Positions 38,420 through 47,363 of a stretch of 64,000 bases of DNA are shown here, one piece after another. The notes beneath the pieces are model-generated. The model saw only the letters and a program-made list of their open reading frames with translations. It searched no databases and had not been told where the DNA came from. Source of the DNA: a virus; IMG/VR virus record IMGVR_UViG_3300005563_000035, positions 6,368-70,367 of that record. One strand, given 5' to 3'. The position numbers and the translations under genes are program-made. The first letter of the stretch is position 1, and the number at the start of each line of letters is the position of its first letter.

Positions 38420-40651
38420 ATGCCCTCTGGCAATACGACTACGACCGGCGAAAACACCGCCGGCCCACTGACTGGAGCTGAATGGATTCGCGGCGTTCAG
38501 TCCGGCGGCAACGTCAAGATGTTGACGTCGGCGATTGCCGCCCTCTACTCGCCTACCTCCGTCATTGGCGACATGATCGTCCGCGGGTCGTCCGGTGACG
38601 GGCGTCTTTCGGTCGGCCCCAACGGCTATGTGCTATTCGCCGACAGCACTCAAACGTTGGGCGTGAAGTGGGATGGCCCGGTCGTCAAGAGCGCCGATCT
38701 CGCCAACGCGGCCAACGGCTTTGGCGTTGACAAGGTCGGAGGCGCCTCGCGTGTCGTCAGTTCAATCGCAGCATTGCGGGCACTTCTGAAGACTGGCATT
38801 GGTCAGGCGCGCGTCACCGGGTACTACGCAGCTGGCGATGGCGGCGGCGGGCAGTACTTCTACGACAGCACCGACACGACGAGTGCCGACAACGGTGGAA
38901 CGATCATTGTTGCGAGCGACGGTGGGCGCTGGAAACTCGCCAATTACGCGATGCTGAGCCCCAAGCAGTTCGGCGCCAAGACCGACGGTACCGACGCTTC
39001 GGCGCTGATTCAGACAGCAGCCGCTTGGTGTGCTCCCCGCGGGATCGCTTTGGTCTTTGTCGACGGGGGAACTTATACCTGCACGCCCGGTATCCCCCAG
39101 TCGGGTGCGGCCAACTACAACACCGCGATGCAGATGCTTGATGGCCTGCAGTGTGTTGGGTACTTCGGAACGACCCTCAAGATTTCGGACAACTACTCGA
39201 CAGACGGCAGCCCCAGAGAGCTGGCGATGTTCAGTACGTCCAGCCATATCTCGAACGTGAGCTTCTACGGCATAACGTTTGACATGAACGGCGCTAACAA
39301 CAAGATGTCGCCGTCGCGCCCCACAACGTACAACCAGTTCAACCATGCCGCGATTCTGGTCAATGGCCCGTCTGGGTACATAGACAACGTCAAGGTCGAG
39401 AACTGCACGTTCAAGAACACGGCCGGTGTGTGCTATATCGTCGGAGCCTTGGTGGCTGCAGGGACCACGCCGAACCTCGGCAAGACCTGGAAGATCACCA
39501 ACAACTACTTCATTAATGGCGGCCTGGACACCAACGACCATACGTCAGTCTACGGGTGGTATGAGGATGCGATTGTCAGCGGCAACACATTTTGGGAGGA
39601 CTTGCCGCCTCATTCAGTCGGGAAGACTGGTGGCGCCACCGGTTATGAGATCCATGGATCGAATCAGAGGGTTACGGGCAACTATTTCTATAACTACACC
39701 CTCGGCCTGTACATCGCACCGAATTTCACTAACACGACTCTCAACACGATCGTTCAGGGAAACCACTTCTATTGCAGCGATGCCGGAATCGAGCTTTGGC
39801 GTGGAGTGGCCATCGGCTACCTTGAGATCGCCGGAGTCCTGATTCAGGACAACACGTTCTACTTCGATAGCTACACCTACACGGGCCAACCGCTATTCAA
39901 GGCCGCCATTCGCTATACCGGACAGATCTCAACTGTCCAGGGATCCATCAACAACGTAAAGATCGATGGGAACACGGCAACGAGCGTAAGCACGACGTTG
40001 CAGGCGCAACTCCTCCACTTTGATTCCAGTACCACAGCCGGAAATGTCTGCTCGAACTGGAGTGTGACGAACAATCAGACAGTGGGGATGACGGACAGCG
40101 TTTCGATCATCACCAACTCCGCCAGTGGAATGGGGTTGCTTGAGATCTCGCGCAACCAGTTCATCAGCGGCAACAGCGACGCACTGTCGAACCCGCCGCA
40201 CGGGATATACATCAATGCCAACGGATCCGGCATTTCTACGCTGGTGATTGATCAGAACCAGTTCGTAGACGAACGCGGCAGCCCGCATATGCAGGTCGGT
40301 ATCTATTTGGCAGCCGGCGGCGTAATCCATGACTTGGCGCTTGGGCCGCAGACGTTCAAGGGCATGACGGCCGCGAACTTCCAGAATGCTGGCGCCACGA
40401 TCACGAACCAGATCGGCTCCGCAGCGACCGAGGGTGCAAATGTCGTCGCTGACGGCGGAACTATCACGTTCAACGCCGACTACGTTGGGCTGACGCCGAA
40501 GGCCATCCTGTGTACCGGAAGCGTGGCGGGCGAGATCGTCAGCGTGACGACTTTCGGCGCCAACACGTTCACGGTGGCGATCAAGAAATGGACAGGCGGG
40601 ACGCTGACTGCCGGTACATCGCAAACGGTCTACTGGCGAGTGAGGTTCTGA
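38420..40651 (+). CDS. Tailspike / beta-helix depolymerase
   Basis: GYYAAGDGGGG.Y.YD..D....DNGGTII.....RWK, QFGAK.DG.D, Asn-ladder beta-helix; visibly lower GC than flanks. Confidence 0.85.
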   Translation: MPSGNTTTTGENTAGPLTGAEWIRGVQSGGNVKMLTSAIAALYSPTSVIGDMIVRGSSGDGRLSVGPNGYVLFADSTQTLGVKWDGPVVKSADLANAANGFGVDKVGGASRVVSSIAALRALLKTGIGQARVTGYYAAGDGGGGQYFYDSTDTTSADNGGTIIVASDGGRWKLANYAMLSPKQFGAKTDGTDASALIQTAAAWCAPRGIALVFVDGGTYTCTPGIPQSGAANYNTAMQMLDGLQCVGYFGTTLKISDNYSTDGSPRELAMFSTSSHISNVSFYGITFDMNGANNKMSPSRPTTYNQFNHAAILVNGPSGYIDNVKVENCTFKNTAGVCYIVGALVAAGTTPNLGKTWKITNNYFINGGLDTNDHTSVYGWYEDAIVSGNTFWEDLPPHSVGKTGGATGYEIHGSNQRVTGNYFYNYTLGLYIAPNFTNTTLNTIVQGNHFYCSDAGIELWRGVAIGYLEIAGVLIQDNTFYFDSYTYTGQPLFKAAIRYTGQISTVQGSINNVKIDGNTATSVSTTLQAQLLHFDSSTTAGNVCSNWSVTNNQTVGMTDSVSIITNSASGMGLLEISRNQFISGNSDALSNPPHGIYINANGSGISTLVIDQNQFVDERGSPHMQVGIYLAAGGVIHDLALGPQTFKGMTAANFQNAGATITNQIGSAATEGANVVADGGTITFNADYVGLTPKAILCTGSVAGEIVSVTTFGANTFTVAIKKWTGGTLTAGTSQTVYWRVRF

Positions 40652-40655
40652 GCCG

Positions 40656-40820
40656 ATGAATCACGACAACCACTCTGGATGGTGGGGCGCGACGATCGCG
40701 TTCCTGTTCTGGTTCGCTGGCCACGTCACCCTTTCCAATATCGCGCTGACCGTATCGATCTGCGTGGGCCTGCTGCAGGGCTACAAGACCTTGCGCGACA
40801 TCTGGAGGGACAGGAAATGA
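40656..40820 (+). CDS. Putative holin (54 aa, two hydrophobic segments)
   Basis: Read manually: MNHDNHSGWWGATIAFLFWFAGHVTLSNIALTVSICVGLLQGYKTLRDIWRDRK; basic C-terminus; upstream of the endolysin. Confidence 0.55.
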   Translation: MNHDNHSGWWGATIAFLFWFAGHVTLSNIALTVSICVGLLQGYKTLRDIWRDRK

Positions 40821-40990
40821 AGACTACCGACCCCGAGCCGGAACGCTTCAAGGGGCTGGGCGAGAAGGTTGTAAAGCCGACCGCCGCCCCGGCGCCAGCG
40901 CCTAAGCCGCAGGGTGCGTACGGCGTCGTCACCGACGAGAACGGCCGTATGCGCACGACGAAAGACAACTTGCCGAAGTGGTTCGCATGA
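40817..40990 (+). CDS. Small hypothetical protein
   Basis: ATGA overlaps at both ends. Confidence 0.5.
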   Translation: MKTTDPEPERFKGLGEKVVKPTAAPAPAPKPQGAYGVVTDENGRMRTTKDNLPKWFA

Positions 40991-41442
40991 GCAATCTCAC
41001 CGCCTTCCGCGACATGATCGCTTGGAGCGAGATCGGGCCGCCGCTGCTCTCCATGAGCGACAACGGGTACAACGTCTGCGTTGGCTCGACCCCGCAACGC
41101 CCAATCCTGTTCGTCAGCTACGCCGAGCATCCGCGTCGGCACGACATCGCCACGAACTCGGATGCGGCCGGCCGCTACCAGTTCATGGGCCGCTATTGGC
41201 TGGCCTACAAGGCGCAGCTGCACCTTCCCGACTTTGGGCCGGTGTCGCAAGACACCTGGTGCGACCAGCTCATTCGGGAGTGCCATGCGATGGACGACGT
41301 CATCGCTGGCCGCCTGGAATCCGCCATCGCCAAGTGCTCTAGCCGCTGGGCCTCGCTGCCGGGCAATAGCTACGGGCAGCACATGAACAAGGTAAGCGAC
41401 CTAGCAGCGGCCTACGTGAAGGCTGGGGGCGTACTCGCATGA
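40987..41442 (+). CDS. Endolysin, lambda R-type lytic transglycosylase
   Basis: IAWSE, AAGRYQF, LPDFGP.SQD, WASLPG..YGQ. Confidence 0.92.
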   Translation: MSNLTAFRDMIAWSEIGPPLLSMSDNGYNVCVGSTPQRPILFVSYAEHPRRHDIATNSDAAGRYQFMGRYWLAYKAQLHLPDFGPVSQDTWCDQLIRECHAMDDVIAGRLESAIAKCSSRWASLPGNSYGQHMNKVSDLAAAYVKAGGVLA

Positions 41443-41690
41443 GCTTGCGCGAACGCTTCCTCCAGACCATCACCGAGCCCGATGGCGTGACGCTGTGCCC
41501 GGTGCGCATCACTGCGCTGGCGGCTGTCGGTGGATACCACGCCCTTGTGGCTTGGATCGTCGCGGCACAGAAGACGCCGCTGACCATGACCGACTGCGGC
41601 CTCTACGCCCAGCACATGAGCATCCTCGGCTCGTCGCTCGGCGTGGCCGTCGGCGCCAAGGCGTTGATGAAGGGCGACACGCCCGCCTGA
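41439..41690 (+). CDS. Membrane protein (holin/antiholin candidate)
   Basis: Two hydrophobic segments; within lysis cassette. Confidence 0.55.
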   Translation: MSLRERFLQTITEPDGVTLCPVRITALAAVGGYHALVAWIVAAQKTPLTMTDCGLYAQHMSILGSSLGVAVGAKALMKGDTPA

Positions 41691-41736
41691 ATCCCAGGGC
41701 ACGCGCGGCCCTTCCTCCGCGCACAGGAGAACCACC

Positions 41737-41997
41737 ATGAACATGCTCCCGCTCCTCGGCTACGTTGCCTACACCGTCGCCGTCCTCATCGCCGGCATCG
41801 CCATCCACGGCTGGCTCACGCGCCAGAAATCGCCGACCCTGCGCATCGACGAAATCAAGGCTGCCGCCGCGCTGCTGGCATCAGCCGCCAAGGCTGCCAC
41901 CGACGAGGTGCAGATCGCCAGCGAGCGCAAGCAGGCCACCGACCTCGCGCTCGCCCAAGCCGCCGCCCACTTGGCCGCCATCAACGGCGGAAAGTGA
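41737..41997 (+). CDS. Single-pass membrane protein in lysis cassette
   Basis: AGGAG RBS; N-terminal TM followed by an Ala-rich helix. Confidence 0.6.
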   Translation: MNMLPLLGYVAYTVAVLIAGIAIHGWLTRQKSPTLRIDEIKAAAALLASAAKAATDEVQIASERKQATDLALAQAAAHLAAINGGK

Positions 41998-42500
41998 TGC
42001 CGTTCGGCCTATCGGCGGTCGCCGTCAAGGCAATCGGGATCGGGCTGGCCCTCCTGGCGCTTCTGGGCGCGTTCGCGTGGTTCGTCCACACCGAGCGCGA
42101 GATCGGCGCCCAGCAGGTCAGGGACGAGGTTGCCGCAGCCACTGCGGCCCAGAAGGCGGCCGACGAAGCGGAGACGCAGCGCCGAGTGACCGCACAGCAG
42201 GAGGTCACTCGTGACGCTCAACTTCAGGCTAGCACTGCTCGTGCTGACGCTGCCCGCGCTGATGGTGCTCGCGATGCTCTGCGGGTGCAGCTCGCCGGCT
42301 TTGTCGCAGCCAACCGCCGGCCCCCGAGTACCCCCGCTCCCTCCGGAAGCGCGCCAGCCGCCGACGCCCTCGATGTGCTTGCCGACGTGTTCAGCCGCGC
42401 TGACCAGCGAGCGGGCGAACTGGCAAAGCTCGCTGACGACCGCGGCACCGCCGGCCTCGCCTGCCAGCGCAGCTACGACGCACTGACCCAGGGGAAGTGA
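41994..42500 (+). CDS. Inner-membrane spanin (Rz-like, DUF2514)
   Basis: N-terminal TM, coiled coil, RAD.RAGELA..AD....AG.AC...YDAL. Confidence 0.85.
   Translation: MMPFGLSAVAVKAIGIGLALLALLGAFAWFVHTEREIGAQQVRDEVAAATAAQKAADEAETQRRVTAQQEVTRDAQLQASTARADAARADGARDALRVQLAGFVAANRRPPSTPAPSGSAPAADALDVLADVFSRADQRAGELAKLADDRGTAGLACQRSYDALTQGK
42211..42486 (+). CDS. Outer-membrane spanin (Rz1-like), embedded
   Basis: Lipobox LCGC; Pro-rich PPLPPEARQP...C...C; lies wholly inside Rz in the +1 frame. Confidence 0.75.
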   Translation: MTLNFRLALLVLTLPALMVLAMLCGCSSPALSQPTAGPRVPPLPPEARQPPTPSMCLPTCSAALTSERANWQSSLTTAAPPASPASAATTH

Positions 42501-42862
42501 TGGCCAAGCTCCCATCCCTTACTCCGGAACAGGACGCCGAGTTCGACCGCCTCGTCAAGGTCTGGCAGGCGAAGCTGAACCTGCAGGACTGGCGGATCGA
42601 GCGCGGAATGCGCGCGGCCGTTGGCGCGATGGCCAGCGTCAAGCCGAACTACGGCGCCAGGCTGGCCACCTATCGCACCGGCGCCGGCTGGCCCACCGCC
42701 ACGACCGCTGACATCGAAGCCACCGTCGTGCATGAGCTCCTGCACGTCGTCCTGTTCGAGTTGACCCACCTCACCGCAGCCGGCGCGAGCGCCGACGTTC
42801 TCGAGAGCGCGGAACACCGCGTGGTCAACACCCTCGAAAAACTCCTGATGGGACGCGCATGA
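42497..42862 (+). CDS. HExxH metalloprotease-like protein
   Basis: WQ.KL.L.DW.I...TVVHELLH. Confidence 0.7.
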   Translation: MMAKLPSLTPEQDAEFDRLVKVWQAKLNLQDWRIERGMRAAVGAMASVKPNYGARLATYRTGAGWPTATTADIEATVVHELLHVVLFELTHLTAAGASADVLESAEHRVVNTLEKLLMGRA

Positions 42863-44025
42863 CCACCGATGCATTCAATGAACTGCGCACCTGGGCCACG
42901 GTGAGGCAGCTGGAGTTCATCGAGGCGATTGAGAAGCATGGGAGCAAGCGCGCCGCAGCGGTGGCACTCGGCTTGAACGAAAGCACCGTCCGCAACTCGC
43001 TGGACTCGCTAGCAAAGCGCGCGGCGCGGATGGGCAATGCGCCGGGCCACTTCAACGATGGCGTGGCCCCCGGCTACATCATGGGTAAGGTCACCGTGCA
43101 GCGGGCCAACGGTGCGGTGGAAAGGACGTGGGAACGCCAGCACCCTGACAATGCGCGACTGACAGAGGCGCTGCAGGCCGCAGTCGATGCGCTGTCCGAG
43201 AAGGTTCCGCGCGCGCGTCCGATCAAGGCGCCGGCCCATGTGTCCGAGCACCTGTGCAACGTGTTCACGCTGACCGACAGCCATGTCGGAGCGCTGGCAT
43301 GGGGCAAGGAAAGCGGCGCCGACTGGGATTTGAAGATCGCTGAGGCGACGCTGGTCGGCTGCTTCTCGCAGATGATCATGAGCAGCCCGAAGGCCAAGGT
43401 CGGCGTAGTGGCGCAGCTCGGCGACTTCCTGCACCAAGACGGACTTTCCCCGGTGACGCCCACGTCGGGCCATGTCCTCGATGCCGACGGGCGGTTCTCC
43501 AAGGTTGTACAGGTCGCCGTCCGCACGCTCCGCAAGGTGGTCGACATGGCGCTCGCGCACCACGAGCGCGTCGTAGTCCTGATGGCCGAGGGCAACCACG
43601 ACATCGCGTCGTCGGTGTGGCTGCGGGCGCTGTTCGCGGCGCTCTACGAGAACGAGCCGCGCGTCGAGGTCATCGACTCCCCGCTGCCGTACTACGTGTA
43701 CCGGCACGGCGAGACGCTCCTGGCCTGGCACCATGGCCACTTGAAGAAGAACGACCAGCTACCGATGCTGTTCGCGGCGCAGTTCCCTCAGGACTGGGGC
43801 GCCACGACGCGCCGGTACGCCCATTGCGGCCACCGGCACCACGTCGAGGAGAAGGAGCACAGCGGCATGACCGTGGTCCAACACCCCACGCTCGCCGCGC
43901 GTGATGCGTACGCGGCCCGCGGCGGCTGGATCGCCGATCGCCAGGTCAGCGCCATCACGTACCACGCCAAGTTCGGCCAGGTCGGCCGGACGACTGTGGT
44001 TCCGGAAATGCTTGAGTCTGCTTGA
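42859..44025 (+). CDS. HTH + calcineurin-like metallophosphoesterase
   Basis: N-terminal HGSKRAAAVALG HTH; D.H, GDFLH, GNHD, HHGH, GHRHH motifs. Confidence 0.85.
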   Translation: MTTDAFNELRTWATVRQLEFIEAIEKHGSKRAAAVALGLNESTVRNSLDSLAKRAARMGNAPGHFNDGVAPGYIMGKVTVQRANGAVERTWERQHPDNARLTEALQAAVDALSEKVPRARPIKAPAHVSEHLCNVFTLTDSHVGALAWGKESGADWDLKIAEATLVGCFSQMIMSSPKAKVGVVAQLGDFLHQDGLSPVTPTSGHVLDADGRFSKVVQVAVRTLRKVVDMALAHHERVVVLMAEGNHDIASSVWLRALFAALYENEPRVEVIDSPLPYYVYRHGETLLAWHHGHLKKNDQLPMLFAAQFPQDWGATTRRYAHCGHRHHVEEKEHSGMTVVQHPTLAARDAYAARGGWIADRQVSAITYHAKFGQVGRTTVVPEMLESA

Positions 44026-44081
44026 GCTCGAAAATTTATCGCGGTAGCCTGACTGCCCCACCCGCGCCACAAGAGAAGCCG

Positions 44082-44525
44082 ATGACAGACAGCAAGCCGA
44101 CGAACCCGAAGGACAGCCTGGGCGTTCTGAAGGTTCCCTTGCATCTCGTGTCGGGTGTCGTCAAAGCCTATCAGGCTGTCGCTCACTATCTCGGCAACGT
44201 CAAGTACGGCGCATGGAACTACCGCGCTGGTGGCGCCCGAGCTTCTGTCTACTACGCCGCCCTCGGCCGTCACATGGACCGCTGGTGGGAGGGCCAGGAA
44301 CTGGACCCGGTCGATGGCACGCCGCACCTCGCGAATGCGCTCGCCTGCATCAACATCCTGATCGAGACGCAAGAGCGCGGCAACCTCATCGATGATCGCC
44401 CCCCGAGCACCGACCTCGGCCCGCTGTACGAGAGGGTTGAGTCCATGATGGGCAAGATCCGCGAGCGCTACGCCGATCGCGACCCGAAGCACTACACCAT
44501 CGAGGACACCCGTGAGCCTGCTTGA
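44082..44525 (+). CDS. dATP/dGTP diphosphohydrolase-domain protein (DUF5664-like)
   Basis: NPKD..G..K.PL.L...G..KYG.WN.R...Y..A..RH...W..G...DP....HLA.A.AC..IL. Confidence 0.8.
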   Translation: MTDSKPTNPKDSLGVLKVPLHLVSGVVKAYQAVAHYLGNVKYGAWNYRAGGARASVYYAALGRHMDRWWEGQELDPVDGTPHLANALACINILIETQERGNLIDDRPPSTDLGPLYERVESMMGKIRERYADRDPKHYTIEDTREPA

Positions 44526-44850
44526 AGTCCTCGGCCTCGTGTCGATCGCCGTCACCGCCGGCTTCACCTGGTGGGCCGTGCGCAGCGGCACCGATCCGAC
44601 TGCAGCCATCATCGAGGCTTGGACCAACGTGGTGATCGGCTTCAGCCTCAACTACGTCAGCAACCCCTTCCTGATCCCGCTCATGAGTCCTGGCGGCCAC
44701 ATGACTGCATCGAGCAACTTCTGGGGCGGCTGCGTCTACACGGCCATCTCCGTGCTGCGCTCGGCTCTGATTCGCATGGGCTTGGGCGCCAAGATCCGGC
44801 GCTTCGCAGAGTGGGTGACGGCGCGACTCGAGCGCCTGCGCGTCGCCTGA
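44512..44850 (+). CDS. Membrane protein (DUF7220-like)
   Basis: IEA.TNV.IG......N.......YT.IS..RS..IR. Confidence 0.7.
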   Translation: MSLLEVLGLVSIAVTAGFTWWAVRSGTDPTAAIIEAWTNVVIGFSLNYVSNPFLIPLMSPGGHMTASSNFWGGCVYTAISVLRSALIRMGLGAKIRRFAEWVTARLERLRVA

Positions 44851-45045
44851 CGCAGGCCACAAAGTCCGAGGGCTGCCATGCATGGCAGCCCTCTTCGCGT
44901 GTCATGCGGGGCGCGACGCCAACCCTCCGGCCTGCGCAGACCGGCAGCCCCGTAACGTATCCGGGTTCATGACTACGATTTCGGCACAGTAGCACACCTC
45001 GCCCAAAAGAGTAAAGACTCTTTACGGAATTCTGAGCAGGAGCTT

Positions 45046-45088
45046 ACCGGCCCGGCTGACCTCACGGTTGGCTGGGCCGGTCTTTTTT
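45046..45088 (+). terminator. Intrinsic terminator ending the late operon
   Basis: ACCGGCCCGGCTGACC...GGTTGGCTGGGCCGGT-CTTTTTT. Confidence 0.8.
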
Positions 45089-45097
45089 CGTTTGGTG

Positions 45098-45131
45098 TTG
45101 ACAATACCCACCGCGAGTGGTTATAGTAACC
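45098..45131 (+). promoter_or_regulatory. hicAB promoter with overlapping inverted-repeat operator
   Basis: TTGACA-18-TATAGT; GGTTA-TAG-TAACC palindrome over the -10. Confidence 0.7.
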
Positions 45132-45134
45132 ACC

Positions 45135-45317
45135 ATGCGCAGCGCAGACCTGATCAAAGACCTGGAAGCCGACGGCTGGAAGCTGCGGGGCGTCAAGGGC
45201 AGCCACCACGTTTTCAGCCATCCCACTAAGCCGGGTCACATCAGCGTCCCACACCCCAAGAAAGACCTCGGCGTCGGATTGGTGCACAAGCTACGCAAGC
45301 AAGCCGGCCTCAGTTGA
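45135..45317 (+). CDS. hicA: HicA toxin
   Basis: LI..LEADGW.....KGSH..F.HP.KPG...VPHPKKDL..G.V..L.KQAGL. Confidence 0.93.
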   Translation: MRSADLIKDLEADGWKLRGVKGSHHVFSHPTKPGHISVPHPKKDLGVGLVHKLRKQAGLS

Positions 45318-45360
45318 GGCCGCGGGGCCACCCCCCGTCATAGGGTGAGTAGAGGTAGGT

Positions 45361-45771
45361 ATGAAGTTCCTGATCGCAATCGAGCCCGGCTCGGAAACCA
45401 CGGCATTTGGCGTCGTGGTTCCGGCTCTGCCGGGGTGCTTCTCTGCGGGCGACACGCTCGAGGAGGCGTTCGATAACGCCATCGAGGCGATCGAAGCCTT
45501 CTGCGAGGTGCTGGCAGAAGATGGCAAGGACATGCCCGCAGCCATGTCGTTGGTCGACGTGATGGAGCGGCACGCCAAAGACTTTGAGGGCTGGACGTGG
45601 GGGATTGTTGACGCCCCGATCGAGCGCCTGTTCGGTCCAGCCGAAAAGATCAACATCACGGTGCCAGGCCGTGTACTCGTGAAGATCGACGAGCACGCCA
45701 AGAGCCGCGGCATGTCGCGCTCCGGCTTTCTGGTGCAAGCCGCGCAAGAGGCGATCGCGCACGGCGCTTGA
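45361..45771 (+). CDS. hicB: HicB antitoxin
   Basis: GVVVP.LPGCFSAGDT.EEA..NA.EAI; C-terminal RHH KINIT.P......ID......SRSGFL. Confidence 0.93.
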   Translation: MKFLIAIEPGSETTAFGVVVPALPGCFSAGDTLEEAFDNAIEAIEAFCEVLAEDGKDMPAAMSLVDVMERHAKDFEGWTWGIVDAPIERLFGPAEKINITVPGRVLVKIDEHAKSRGMSRSGFLVQAAQEAIAHGA

Positions 45772-45824
45772 CTCGCTCGTTCGGAGATGCTTGAAGCCTG
45801 ATTATCCGCGGCGGATAAAAGGGG

Positions 45825-46100
45825 CTAAAGCCCTTCCGCTGCCGGCTCGGCCCCGTGATACAGCAGCTCGGCCCGCTCGACCCGCGATCCCTGGAACCTC
45901 GGCGCCACCAGCGCGTCCGGGTGCTGCCGGGCCCAGAACGCCACGCTGGCATCCCCGTCGGAGCGCGCCACGCCCCACGACTTCATCATCCCCGGCTCGT
46001 CGTCCGGGATGTAGAGCCAGGGCAGGGCGAAGACCGGCTCCAGGTGCTGGCTGGTGATCTGGCGTAGGTCGGCGTCGGCGGCGAGGCGGATTGTGGGCAT
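45825..46100 (-). CDS. Hypothetical protein
   Basis: ORF convergent with hicB; fills the gap up to the att region. Confidence 0.45.
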   Translation of the reverse strand: MPTIRLAADADLRQITSQHLEPVFALPWLYIPDDEPGMMKSWGVARSDGDASVAFWARQHPDALVAPRFQGSRVERAELLYHGAEPAAEGL

Positions 46101-46119
46101 GGAACTGATGGGCTGAAAG

Positions 46120-46285
46120 CCGTCTAACGATGCGCTGTGCGCCCTGGTGAAATCACCAGCCTTTTTAGTCTTCCCGGCTTAGACACATCGGCCGCAAAGC
46201 CGCATGAATGCTGGATCGCGCGCCTGCCTTCTAAGCATATGCTCACCCTATGACGAGTGTCTAATAATGGGCGGTCTGTCTAATT
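46120..46285. other. Candidate attP region (core plus integrase arm-type repeats)
   Basis: GCCTTCTAAGC at 46226-46236 equals the tRNA-Arg anticodon arm; GTCTAA repeats at 46122, 46259, 46278 and inverted at 46179; next to the integrase 3' end. Confidence 0.55.
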
Positions 46286-46286
46286 T

Positions 46287-46363
46287 CCGCCCATAGCACA
46301 ACCGGATAGTGCACCGGCCTTCTAAGCCGGTGGTTGCAGGTTCGAATCCTGCTGGGCGGGCCA
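46287..46363 (+). tRNA. tRNA-Arg (anticodon UCU)
   Basis: Acceptor stem CCGCCCA/TGGGCGG, D arm, anticodon stem CCGGC-CTTCTAA-GCCGG, T arm GCAGG-TTCGAAT-CCTGC, encoded CCA. Confidence 0.95.
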
Positions 46364-46370
46364 ATCTCCC

Positions 46371-47363
46371 CTACTTGGCTGGCTTCGCCCGCTTGGCGAA
46401 CTTGCCTTCGACGTAGTCGCGGGTCATGGCCTCGGTGCTGTGACCGAGCAGCTTTTGAGCCGCTCCGATGTCCTCGTCGTCGCCCATCGCGTCAACGCCG
46501 GCCCGGCCGCGGAGATCGTGGATATTCAGGTCTTCGATGCCCGCCCTCGCCGCAGCGCGCACCCAGGCCGAGCGGATGCCCGAATACCGGTAGCCGCGCC
46601 CGCTCTGTGTCTTCAGAAGGTGACCGATCTTGTCGCGGCCGGCGGCGCATGCCTCGACGGCGGCCCGGAGTTCGGGCGACCACTCAATCAGGAGTCGCAC
46701 TCGGCCTTGCGACTTCTTCTGCGTCACGTAGATCCCGCGCGCGTCGTCCACGTCCTGCCAACGCATCTTGATGACGTCGCTGATGCGCTGGCCGGTCAGC
46801 ATCGCCAAGTCGATCATCTGCACCAGTGCCTCACCGTTGCGGGACTGCTGCAGCGCCGCGGCGCGCATGGCCTTGATCTCATCGTCCGTGACGATGCGGA
46901 TGCGCCGCGACAGCTTCATCGGCGGGATGTTGTCGACTGGGTTGAAGCCCTCGCGAAGACCCTCGATGGCGGCAAACGCCAGCACGCCGCGGAGCATGGT
47001 GCGGTGCAGGTTGTGGGTGCGCGGCTTGTCGCGGTACTTGCGCAGGTAGGCCGCAGCGACGGGAGTCGTCACCTGGCTCGGCTGAAACTCAACCATGGCC
47101 GCAGCCATCTTCCCCGCGATTCGCTCCTGGTCGGCGGCCTGCTTCGTGCTCCAGTCATCGCGCTTTTGGTCGACCCAGCGCGTTATCACGGCTGGCATCA
47201 TGTCGCCGCGGACTTCGGTGTCCATGACGCGCGCCAACGCCCGCAGCATCGCCGGGATACCGTCGTTCTCGCGCGACAAGCCGATCCACTTACCGGCCGG
47301 CGTCACGTAGTAGTAGCGCCCATGCTTGACATAGACGCGCTTCGGAAGCTCGGTGCGGGTCAT
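46371..47363 (-). CDS. int: Tyrosine integrase
   Basis: TGQRISD, HDLR, LLGH....T..Y catalytic residues. Confidence 0.95.
   Translation of the reverse strand: MTRTELPKRVYVKHGRYYYVTPAGKWIGLSRENDGIPAMLRALARVMDTEVRGDMMPAVITRWVDQKRDDWSTKQAADQERIAGKMAAAMVEFQPSQVTTPVAAAYLRKYRDKPRTHNLHRTMLRGVLAFAAIEGLREGFNPVDNIPPMKLSRRIRIVTDDEIKAMRAAALQQSRNGEALVQMIDLAMLTGQRISDVIKMRWQDVDDARGIYVTQKKSQGRVRLLIEWSPELRAAVEACAAGRDKIGHLLKTQSGRGYRYSGIRSAWVRAAARAGIEDLNIHDLRGRAGVDAMGDDEDIGAAQKLLGHSTEAMTRDYVEGKFAKRAKPAK

Noticed and set aside
36790-40651. Tail fibre or tailspike as a remote DGR target
   Set aside because: I found no TR-like sequence at their 3' ends by eye; a BLAST of the TR would make this definitive
44082-44525. 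Z-genome (2-aminoadenine) pathway
   Set aside because: Only the diphosphohydrolase-like domain is present; no PurZ or dedicated polymerase in the window
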